A DNA stretch of 64,000 nt, taken from assembly GCF_006345805.1 (NCBI RefSeq), contig NW_021835481.1, positions 5,022 to 69,021 on the forward strand, given 5' to 3'. Shown piece after piece: positions 1 through 10,695 of this stretch. A model generated the notes under the pieces. It was not told where the DNA came from and did no database searches. It was given only the letters and a program-made list of their open reading frames with translations. The stretch's first letter is position 1. Every line of letters starts with the position of its first letter. The stretch comes from Octopus sinensis. Taxonomy: Eukaryota. A program made the position numbers and the translations under genes.

Positions 1-420
1 GTCTCTCCTTCTCCCATTCATTTCCCACATTTAGTAACCTTTCTTAGTGGCACTTCAACACATCTTTCTTCTCTGAGTCACTAATTGTAAACATACCATT
101 ATCCATTCACACACATTTCTCACCCAACATACACCTATTATCTCTGATACATGCTTTGCTATCCTGAACACCTTACAACTCTGATCCTCACACCATAGAA
201 CATTGGCATAGCTCTTGCCTTCTGCTGTTCCTTTTGCTATGTAAACCTGTCACCTAGCTTCCCTTCTGGCTACCTGACAACCGTCACCAGAATATAAAAG
301 AAACGGCGAGAAACTTACGAATAGGCATTTTGTGTGTGTGATCGAGTTTTGTGTAAAATAATTTTTCCACCATTTTTCCAGTCCTTCTAGGCTTGTCTCT
401 TCACTTTTATAGCGCTGTCC

Positions 421-572
421 ACCTCCCTATTCCACCACCATGTCACCCTCAGCTTAGCTGGGACTTTGCACCAGATTTGGTTTGCAGCTCTCAGTAGATT
501 GTCCTGCAGGAACTTTCATTTGTCCTCTAAGCTGTATGTTCCTAGCTCCTCCTCTTCTCTATCATCAGAGGC
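421..572 (-). mobile_element. Short RTE LINE ORF fragment
   Basis: Same-orientation similarity to the RTE segment at ~13430-13600 (ctttgcacca...tgtcctgcaggaa). Confidence 0.55.
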
Positions 573-654
573 TTCCATATATGAAGTTTTTGTAATAAAT
601 TCAGTGCAACAATCAGAATTACATAATAATGAACAGAAAAAACTTTATTTGGAA

Positions 655-1880
655 AAAAGTTGAAATTCAAAACAAAAGTTTACAACACATTTAACTCAAT
701 TGAATAATTTTTCATATATTTTGAATAAAAATGATTTTGTTTCTCAAAATATCCATAGTGTTCTAGAAGATTTGGGAAGTTTTGTTTGTGAATATTTATA
801 GCCATTGCATCATTTCTGACATCAGTTCTGGGTAAAAATAAACAAATTGTTTAAGACCTTTATGAGTGTATTGTTGACCTTCACAAGAGTGGCAGTGGGT
901 ACAGAAAGGTCTCTGCACAGCTTAATGTGCCACTGAATTCAGTTGGTATGCTAATGCCTAACTGGAAATTCTCTCTAGTCTGTTCAAGTCACCCATGTAA
1001 GTTAGCAGAGCATACAGCAAGAAAACTTACAAGGACAGCTAGTAATAGAGCACAAACCACACTCAAGGAGCTGCAGGAAGATCTGGAATCATGTGAAGTA
1101 TAAGTGAGCAAAGATATAATTAGTATATCACTTTGTTATTAGGATCACTTTTCTCCTTCTCCAAGAAAGACTCCATTGTTTAAGAAATGTCACTTTAAAT
1201 TTCATTTTGCCTTTGCAAAGAGACATTTAAGTAAACCGGTTACATATTGGGAAAATGTAGTGTGGTCTGACGAAACTAATATTGAGCTTCTCAGCAGAAA
1301 CTCAGTCAACAAGGTTTGGAGAGAGAACAGTATAGAGTACCTGCCATAAAATACTATCTGTACAGTCAAATTCAGAGGTGGATCAGTAATGGTATGGACT
1401 TGTTTTTGCTCATCAGGTATTGGTAGAATGGAAATAACAAAAAGAATAATGGATGGGGAAATATATAGGGAGATTTTAGAGTAATGTTTAATACCTAGTG
1501 CTTGCTCCCTAAACATGGAACAAGGATGGGCCTTTCAACATGATAACGATTCAAAGCACACAGCAAAGCTGACCAAGTATTAGTTGGAAACAAATGGGAT
1601 TAATGCTTTGGAATGGAGAAGTCAATCTCCAGACTATAAGCCAATCAAAAATTTGTGGTAAAAATCGAAACTCAGAGTTCAAAACAGAAATCCATGTAAC
1701 TTACAAAAACTGAAAAGAATTTGGGAATGGGGGAAAATAGGCCCCGCCACATGTAAAAAGTATTTAGGAAACTATTCAAAGTGTCTGCAAGCTCTCATCA
1801 TCAACAAGGGTTATGTAACTAAATACGGATTTAATTGTATAAATGTGTTGTAAACTTTTGCATTTTGAAGTTCAACTTTT
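655..1880 (+). mobile_element. Tc1-family DNA transposon remnant (DD34E-type transposase pseudogene ~830-1827)
   Basis: Manual translation gives [56 protein letters not shown] and NKGYVTKY, with stops and frameshifts. 655-692 and 1841-1880 are inverted repeats (aaaagttgaa.ttcaaaa..caaaagtttacaacacattt). Confidence 0.85.
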
Positions 1881-1970
<90 letters not shown>

Positions 1971-1997
1971 ATATGTGTATATATATATATTTATATA
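1881..1997. repeat. (TA)n microsatellite
   Basis: Direct reading; interrupted TA run. Confidence 0.95.
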
Positions 1998-3571
1998 TCT
2001 CTATATAAAACTGAGAATGTCTGTCTGTCTGTCTGTGTGTTTCCCTAAAACTTGAGAACTACACAACCAATTTCATTCAAATTTGACACATGCCTTACTT
2101 AGGGTCCATGTAGTTTCATGGGCACAAAAAAAATGTTTAACTTCTTACTTAGAGCGAGCCCATAGCAATATCATATCTTCTCCACTATTTCAGTATTATG
2201 TAAAAGTGAAACAAAAGCATTTCTCTATTTTATGTCAGATGCTTTCACTTTAACAATAAAATAATAATAACAATTGAATTATATGTAGTAAGTAATAATT
2301 AAAATCAAACTAAAGTATAATATTATCGTAACATAACAAAAGTAAAAATAACAATTGGTATAAAATTGCATCAATGACTTGAACTTGAATCAGTCGTTTC
2401 ACATGAATGGGAATAAATAAAAAATAAAATTTAAGTGGAGAAATGGAATAGTCCAGATGGAGGTGTGCACGGCTTTTACATTAGATTATTTGCTAATTAG
2501 CTAGCATTAAGTATCTATATGAAGTTTGGCTGTATATAATGTCTGTTTTCTCGAAAGATGCTTCTACTGAGTACTGCTGTTGGTTTATTTCTGATCCATA
2601 AAGGTCTATAGCTTCAACAGAGTACTGCTCTTTGGTTTACTGTAAGGTTTGTTGTTATTATTATTTCTGTTTAACTATTGTTATCACGTTTGTTGGTTCC
2701 TCGTAAGGGAAGCGTTGTTGTGTTGCATTTGTTAAATAATTGTAAACCGTAACCCTCCCCCTTTGGGAGAAGGAGCTTTGGTTATTGTTTAAAAATTGAA
2801 TTGTGTCCCTGTTTGGGGAAATTGAAAATATTTTCACCGTTTACACAGAAACATTCTTGTTAAAATGTCTTCGATAGAAGAAAGTCCAAAAATGAATTTC
2901 GCTGCAGCCGTCGGCGGGCGGCGAATTCATTAAAATTAAAATGGAAGAAATACAAACCTATTTTGGATTGATCACCGACAAAGACGGTGAATCTAGAATA
3001 ACACCACCAAACGAAATAAAAAATTAAATTAAAGAAAAGACTATTGCCTATAAAGTATACAATGTAGAGAAAAAAAACGATTTAAACACCTGGAGGAAAG
3101 CACCATTGAAAAGTGTCTTGGTGTGACTGTGAAAGATATCAAGTATCTAACCAGAGGTGGTAAATTCGCCACAATAGAAGCAAGGTTCGAGTCAACAGAG
3201 CATGCAAGGGAGTACTCGACTCGAGCCTTGCAATGTGGAAATATTTTATTTTTACCTTTATATCTGGGACGTAGGAGGTCCCGGATAAAAATTTAAAATG
3301 TCCCCCCAAAAGTAGAGGTAGGCTGGATTGTAGCCACACTTCTATACAAGAGGGAGGACAAGATAAAATTGATCGAAATTGCAAGAGACAGGCCTACAAT
3401 TCCAGTCTGTTATATATTTTGAGTATTGTTATTACTAGCGATATCAAGATATAAGTTTGTATTTTGTATTTTATGTGTAGATGTATATATAGAGATGTAC
3501 ATGTAACATGTACACATATATATATACATGCACTAGCACTATGACCCGGCAACGATGGGTCATAATGCTAT
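1998..3571 (+). mobile_element. Non-autonomous Helitron-like element
   Basis: 5' A|TCTCTATATAAAACTGAGAATGTCTGTCTGTCTG. 3' hairpin tatgaccc-ggcaacgat-gggtcata followed by atgCTAT|T (CTAG with one change). Both ends match the motifs of the other Helitrons in the window. Confidence 0.6.
2865..3422 (+). pseudogene. Degenerate LINE ORF1/gag-like N-terminal fragment
   Basis: MSSIEESPKMNFAAAV, then after frameshifts KHLEESTIEKCLGVTVKDIKYLTRGGKFATIEARF...LFLPLYLGRRRSRIKI*NVPPKVEVGWIVATL. It is protein-like and resembles ORF1 RRM-type regions; the family is not assigned. Confidence 0.5.
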
Positions 3572-3606
<35 letters not shown>

Positions 3607-4138
3607 ATACATGCATATAAATATAATGAGAAGCAAATTAGGCAAGTCGATTTAAGATATTTAATAAGTATTTGAAAATGGAATTGCATCTTCAAACTCT
3701 ATTCTGTCAACACCTCAAATGTAAAATTCTCCAGTGTAAAACTCTCCCCTGAAGACAAAGGCAATGTTATCTGATGATGACTGCAAATAACCACCATTAT
3801 TCGGGACTACCAAGCTCCCAGAAACAGCTTTTGGACTTAAAAAACTCTACCTGTTTAACTCCTGATATCATTTATATTCTATAAGTCGGACTTATTTTAT
3901 ATCTATACATATGTATATTTTTCCTATTAAATGTATTTAATATTCTGTGTAAAGCAACTTGTCTAATTTGCTTGTCATTATATTTACTCATCTACCAGCT
4001 GAAGTTCAAATCTCTTGAGCACTTCGAAGTGTATTCTATATAGAGAACACCTGTCTTCATCCTCTAAACTATATATATACATATATGTACATGCAGTCTG
4101 AATAAGCGTATGCTTAAATGTAAATATATATATACATA

Positions 4139-4368
4139 AAAGGTGGCGAGCTGGCAGGACCGTTAGCACGCCAGGTGAAATGCATAGCCGTATTTCGTCT
4201 GCCGTTACGTTCTGAGTTCAAATTCTGCCGAGGTCGACTTTGCCTTTCATCTTTTCGGTGTTGATAAATTAAGTACCAGTTACACACTGGGGTCGATGTA
4301 ATCGACTTAATCCATTTGTCTGTCCTTGTTTGTCACCTCTATGTTTAGCCCCTTGTGGGTAATAAAGA

Positions 4369-4371
<3 letters not shown>
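4139..4371 (+). mobile_element. tRNA-derived SINE, family 1 (best-preserved copy)
   Basis: Pol III B-box-like gttcaaattc, core gcctttcatcttttcggtgttgataaattaagtaccag and a (TA)n tail. Homologous copies lie at 33590-33750 and 39800-41340. Confidence 0.8.
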
Positions 4372-4431
<60 letters not shown>

Positions 4432-4522
4432 CCCACAAGCACATACATTTACATACACATGTGTATATATATATATGGAATCCACATAAGTGCATACTTA
4501 CATGCACATGGTTCTTTAACAG

Positions 4523-4623
4523 GCATATGCACACAAGTATATGGGTACAAAGAACCTCTACTCACAGAACAGGAGGAGTACAAGCAGCTAGGGAAGCAAG
4601 TCATGCACATTCAGATTGAAAAG
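4523..4623 (+). CDS. Possible small coding exon (unassigned)
   Basis: Acceptor ttctttaacAG and donor aag|GTGAAT. One open frame, (G)ICTQVYGYKEPLLTEQEEYKQLGKQVMHIQIEK, with no domain recognised. Confidence 0.2.
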
Positions 4624-5739
4624 GTGAATGTGGGTGAGCAGACATAATTGGTTTGCAAAAATGGATGCTAAGCCCAGAAACCTATGCAGAGAAAACCAGT
4701 TGCCCCATGTTGCTTACAGTTTTAATTATTTACTGTTAATCAGACTTATGATAAAGTTTTAGCATTTAATCATTATTATTATTAATACAATAGTTATACA
4801 GATGGGCATTCTAACTGGCATATTTATCATATAAGCAATGAGGATAGAGTGTACAACTAGTTTTTGCAGGGGATAGGATGTTGATGGGAGAGAGGAATTG
4901 TAAGCATTGATTGATCAAGTGACATTTGAATAAAATAGATTAATACTTAGATGTAGTCCCTTGAACAAGTAGACAGCCAAGCTGAGTGATATTTATGAAA
5001 ACCATTCCTTAAATATGTTAATGGCTGCTATGTCCAGAAAACATACGCAGAGAATAAAATAGTACCCCCATGTTGCTTACAATTTTAATTATTATTATTA
5101 TTAATGCAACATTTATACACATGTACACTTTAAGCAGCATATTTATCATATGAAAACGTGTGTGCAAACACGTATATAGGTGTGTTATATATGTGTATAT
5201 TTTATGTATATATATGTGTGTGAATCTATATATGGCTTTGTCAATCAGTTTGCTTGGTATGCATCTTGTCATTTTATTTTCCTTTTTATGAGTTTTCTGT
5301 CTCCCCTTCTCTTTCTCTCTCTTTCTCTCTCTCTCTCCCTCTCTCTTGTTGTATATATTTGGTTTTGAGAGAAGTGTAGCTTTGTTCAGACTTCCTTGAT
5401 GTAATACTTTGTCCACTATTTTATGTATTATTTCTCTTGCATCACTTCCATTTTATCATTAGCTATCACATACGAATCCTGTTTTCTAATTGGGTAAAAA
5501 TGATCAAACTTTAAACCTGTCTATCATTTTTCTAAAATTTTTCTAGAATAAATGAATTGCAAACTTGGTTTCAATGTGAAAAAGTACATCAATATACCAA
5601 ATTTGAAAATTTTCACCAAGTTCAAAATCTAACAGCTACAGAAAAGATCTCTCTATTTGTTTATCTCTTTGATTTTTTTGCTTTTCTCATGATGAATTTT
5701 CCCCCTGTCTATATATATATATTTGCAACTTTCTTTCTC

Positions 5740-6037
5740 TCTATATATAAAAATAGTGAGCTCCAATTTTTTTTTAACTTCCAGGCTACTCCCAGTGTTT
5801 TTAAGTGAGTAGTGCAAAAAAAAATTGGCCAAATCAGTGGTGCGTGGAGGTTGTAAAAAACTTCATACATTTTCACAACTTTTTTATCATCAAAAGCCTT
5901 TCCACCTCCATTTGCAGACTGTGATGACGAAAAGTTGAAAAATGTTAAAAATCCAATTTATGTGGGTGTGCTATTCCAAAAGTTCACCAAGATATTCTAT
6001 TGTAAAAATTGACCAGGAACAACAGGATACTCAGCTA

Positions 6038-6038
<1 letters not shown>
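5740..6038 (+). mobile_element. Mini non-autonomous Helitron (~300 bp)
   Basis: 5' TCTATATATAAAAATAGTGAG; 3' gaccaggaacaacaggatactcagCTAG|T. Confidence 0.5.
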
Positions 6039-6079
<41 letters not shown>

Positions 6080-6699
6080 CTTGTATGTAAAAAGTTCAGA
6101 GTTTGCACACAAATAAATATATATTGAAAAAATAAGAAATAGAAGGTTTCAGTTGTTTAAGATAACTTCTTTGTGCTAGAGTAAAATTGAAAGAAAAATT
6201 GACATAAATTAAATTATACTTTCGTAATATCAGTTCTCGAAGATTACATAATCATATTTTTCATATGAAAATTTCATGGTGCTGTATTTCATGTCCTTCT
6301 GATTGTTACTTATGAATGCTAAAGAGTTATAACCTCTAATCAATTTTGTCTCTTTGAATTATGTTATCGCAAGTTAAGTCCATCATGTTATTTGGGCCTG
6401 ATGGGAGATACGTAGGAAATATGAGCATTAAATAATTGTCTACAGATGTAGATTTTGTAACCTAGGGGTAACCTAACTGAGCCAGTAGACTATATTATTA
6501 ATAACATTCATCTCTATTGACTCTATAGAATGTTGTTCTTTCTATTGTCTTTCTGCAGAAACTTTTGATACTACATATATATATATTTATATATATATAT
6601 ATATATATATTGTCATTTTTCTTTTTCTTTTCTCTTTCTACATCATGTTACATTGTCTTCTTTAATGTCTTTCACTCACCATCACTTGTGTGTAAAAGC

Positions 6700-7200
6700 A
6701 ATATTCCCCACTCTCTCCATACTCTATGAGTTCTTTCTATAGACTCAACAATGATTGACAGTATTTTCATTATTGTGGCTGGCAACTTCATTTAATATGT
6801 TGGCCAAAAAGATGGTGTTTTCCATAATGTTAGTGAAGGTTCTGGTTGTGATTTAAGAAATGGGGAGGGTGTAATGCTCCTAGAATCCTGTGATGCAAAT
6901 CATCAAACACATACTAATCTGGTGAACACATAAGTAGTCAGATAAATGACATTTTCACTAACAAACCAAACAGAAGGTTTTATTTGCTAGTGAAAATCTT
7001 TTCTAATGAAGAATGCACTATACAACATAGATTGGTAGCCAATAACATAACAGTCGGAGCTAAGCAGACACAGGAATGAAATATGACTTGGAGAAGGAAA
7101 ATATGGAAACAAAACATCCCATAATTGGGAATAAGTCTAGGGAAATTTTAACTGATGCATATGGTTGTAAGGATAATGATTTAGGCACCTATAGCACAGA
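6700..7200 (+). mobile_element. Highly decayed RTE fragment (APE endonuclease region)
   Basis: IVAGNFI*YVGQKDGVFHNVSEGSGCDLRNGEGVMLLESCDAN matches the GDFNGHVG...RN.EG..LLEFC motif seen in the other RTE copies. Confidence 0.5.
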
Positions 7201-7228
7201 TGATAACTAGGAATTTCTACAAAATGTA

Positions 7229-7310
7229 TGGTTAAGACGTTTGCTTCCCAAACATATGATTTCAAGTACAGCCTCACTGCACTACACCTTGGGCAAGTGT
7301 CTTCTAGACT
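7229..7310 (+). mobile_element. SINE 5' head fragment
   Basis: tggttaagacgtttgcttccca...ccttgggcaagtgtcttcta; tRNA-like head only. Confidence 0.35.
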
Positions 7311-7472
7311 GGTTTATATTAGTGGTTCTATTTCCTACTTTGCCACAGCTGTTAGCCATCTGTAATACCATTGTATAGTGAGTAGCTTTGGCTCTCGTTG
7401 TTAAGACTGATTTGTAACTTACCTGTAGATATTGAATTCCAATGTCAATGGAGTTTTCAATTTCAGTGTCTG

Positions 7473-10400
7473 CATCATCATCATCATCATCATCATTTAG
7501 TGTTCACTTTCCCTGCTGGCATGAGTTGGACAGTTTGACTGAGAACTGGCAAGCCAGAAGGCTGCACCATGCTCCAATTTGATCTGGCAAGGTTTCTACA
7601 GTTGGATGCCCTTCCTAACACCAACCACTCCGAGATTGTAGTAGGTGCTTTTTACACACCACCAGCACCAGAGCCAGTCAGGCGGCTCTGGCAATGACCA
7701 TGCTTGAATGGTACTTTTTATGTGCTACCGGCACAAGAACCAGCCAGGAACTATGCTTGCTGAGTATCATGTTGTTCCTGGTCAATTTTTACAATAGAAT
7801 ATCTTGGTGAACCGGCACAAGAACCAGCCAAGAACTACGCTTGCATGGCGCTTTTTACGTGCCACAGGCATGGGACCAGTCAGCTGGCACTGGTATCAAC
7901 CACAGTTGTGTGGTACATTTTACGTGTCACTGGCATGGGAGCTAGTCCAGTGGGACTGGTATCAACCATGCTAGAATGGTGATTTTCATGTTCCACCGGC
8001 ATGGGTGCCAATCAGGCAGCACTGGCATCAGCCATGACAATGATTTCACTTGACTCAACAGGTCTTCTCAAGCACAGTTTATTGCCCTGTGGGCTGGTTA
8101 TGCTACACTGGCATATGGTCTCACTTGGCTTGCCAGGTTCTTCTCAAGGACTGCATATCTCCAAAGGTCTTGGTCACTTGCCATTGATTCCATGAAGCCT
8201 AATGTTCGAAGGTTGTGCTTCACTACCTCATCCCAGGTCTTCCTGGGTTTACCTCTTCCACGAGTTCCCTCCACTGTTAGGGAGTAACAGTTTTTCACAC
8301 AACTGTCCTCATACATATGTAACACATGACCATACCAGCACAGTCATCTCTCTTGCACAGCACATCTGATGCTCCTTAAGTCCAAGTTCTTTCTCGTGGT
8401 GCTTACACTCCATTGTGTATGCACAGACATTACACATCCAGCAGAACATACAAGCTCCATTTCTTGCAAGCTTATGCATGTCCTCAGCAATCACAACCCA
8501 TGTCTCACTGCCATATAGCATGTCTGTTAGCACACATGCGTCATGCGAGAGGCCCTTTGTTACCAGCAGAGGTAGAAGCTCTCTGAACTTTGCCTCGGTT
8601 ATTCTTATTCTAGCAGCTACACTCTCAGAGCATCCAACTCTGTGACTGACTTGGTTACTTGGGTAATGGAAGCTGTCAACTATTTCTAGTTTTCCCCCTG
8701 GCATGTGATGAAAGATGTTTTCTACACATTTTCAGTGTTTGTTGCCGCAGTGCATTTGCCACACACAAAAACTATCTTCCTAGATAGCCTTTGTTTGATA
8801 TTGCGCCCATCTCTTATGTGTCAATAGCTTACACCAGGTACATCTTATGGAGTTTCTATGTATGCCTTTTCTACAGACCGAGAAGGGTGATCTACCTGAA
8901 GGGATTTGTAATTTGTCTACCTTCCTCTTTGGTTTTTGCTAGAGTGACTCTAAAGCCCTTCAACTCTAGACCTTGCTTCCACATCTGAAACTTCTCCTAG
9001 TTCTGATAGTGACTCAGCTATTAGAGCAAGGTCAGCAGCATAGGGGAGCTCTCAGAGCATCTTGTCTTGAATTCCTCTTTTATTACCTGGTGGATTATGA
9101 TCCATAAGTAGGGGCTGAGGACTGATCCTTGATGGACCCCTACCCTTACCCAGAATTCTTCACTATACTCATTACTAATCCTCACCTTACTGACAGCATC
9201 CCTGTACATAGCTTGCACAGCTCTCACTAACCACTCATCTATCCCTAGTTTCCACATTGACCACCAGATAGGGCTTTCTCCATGTCAATGAAAGCCAAGT
9301 ACAGAGGTTAATCTTTGGTTGGGAATTTCTCCTGCAGCTGTCTTACCAGAAATATAGCATCAGTGGTGCTTTTCCTTGGCATGAACTCAAACTGCATCTC
9401 ATCTAAACTGACTCTCTCCCTAATTAGTTGGGCTATGACCCTCTCCGTGACCTTTATTACCTGATCAAACAAGTTGATACCTTTGTAATTATCTGTATCT
9501 AAAGCGTCACCTTTATCTTTGTAGCAGTTGACTATGGTGCTGCTACACCAAATCATTGGATATTACTTCTTCATGTATCACCTGATTGACTATATGGGTG
9601 ACTAGACTATAGCTGACACCACCAGATATTTTAAGCATCTGCTAGACCTGTAGGTGAATAGGTGACTAGCAGGTTTCCTGAAGTTAGTATTACAAATCAT
9701 AAGATCATTTACATCACAGAAATTCAGCAGCCTGTTTCCCGCCATAGCCACCATGCACACCATGGAAGTCCCCTGGATGTTGTCCAACATGCCCATTGAA
9801 GTCGCCAGCCACAAAGAGAAGGTCCTTGTCATTTGTCAATATGGTAGTCTGTAAGAGGGTATCATAACATCGGTCTTTCTGTTCATCAGGTAGCCCTTGC
9901 TGAGGGGCATAAGTCAAGATAATGGTTGCTAATCCATGTTGCGGTACTAATCTAAGCTTAAGTATTCTGTCATAGTCTCTGACTACCTTGATTACCTAAT
10001 CAACCCATTTATCCGCAAGAAGTATACCCACACCCCTGACCCCATCAGTGTTTCCAGCCCAGAAAATCTTATACCTGTATTCTTTGCCTGTGAGGAACCT
10101 AGCAGAACTTCCTCTCCATCTTACTTCTTGGATACAGCACAAATCTACACGTCTCCATTCAAGCATTTTAACAATCTCACCAGCCCTACCTTTCAATGTG
10201 CCAATATTAAGTATACCAACTCTGAGGTTGTGGAAGGTATGGGCCTGCGAGACCCTGGGATGGGGGACAGCAGCATCATGTGCCTGAAAAGAAAGCTCGC
10301 ATTTGACAGAACTCATAAACATACAATAGACTTCAACCTGCATGCACTACACCATCATTTTATGTCCTACATAATCACTACATTTCATAGGAGTTAAACA
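7473..10400 (-). mobile_element. RTE LINE copy A, near full length and disrupted (APE + RT, ATG-repeat tail)
   Basis: ORF track gives LRVGILNIGTLKGRAGEIV...CIQEVRW (APE), VAGDFNGHVG, DEMQFEFMP, GVHQGSVLSP and GRGKPRKTW. (CAT)n at 7473-7496 is the 3' tail on the minus strand. Confidence 0.9.
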
Positions 10401-10695
10401 CTAAGTAGAGATGGGGTAGCATTTAAGCCATTGGAGGTGTTCAGGGGAAAGACATCTGATAGAGGTCAGAGGACAAAGACTTCCAGTATAGGTGGTGGGG
10501 TGGGATGGGCAGTCACAGCTTGAAACAGCAAACATTCTGGCTGCTGGTGTGAAAGAATAATAATAATGAAAACAATGATAATAGAAATAATACTAATAAA
10601 AATAATGAGATGGAATTGGACATTTGCATTCTTAACAAGAGCTATAACTAACAGGTTTCAGTCAGTGAAACTGTGACAAAATTAGATAAATGAAT
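10400..10695. repeat. Partial copy of an unclassified ~650-bp unit
   Basis: ~10520-10695 aligns with ~14488-14636 (ggacatttgcat...ctgtgacaaaattagataaatgaat). Confidence 0.6.

Noticed and set aside
3746-3830. Possible hammerhead ribozyme (ctgaaga / ctgatga ... gaaac)
   Set aside because: The core motifs are not correctly spaced around a stem II, and I could not build stems I and III.
1843-5416. ORFs rich in YI/IY repeats (1843-2055, 3471-3695, 4307-4619, 5018-5416)
   Set aside because: They are translations of (TA)n/(CA)n microsatellites with no domain content.
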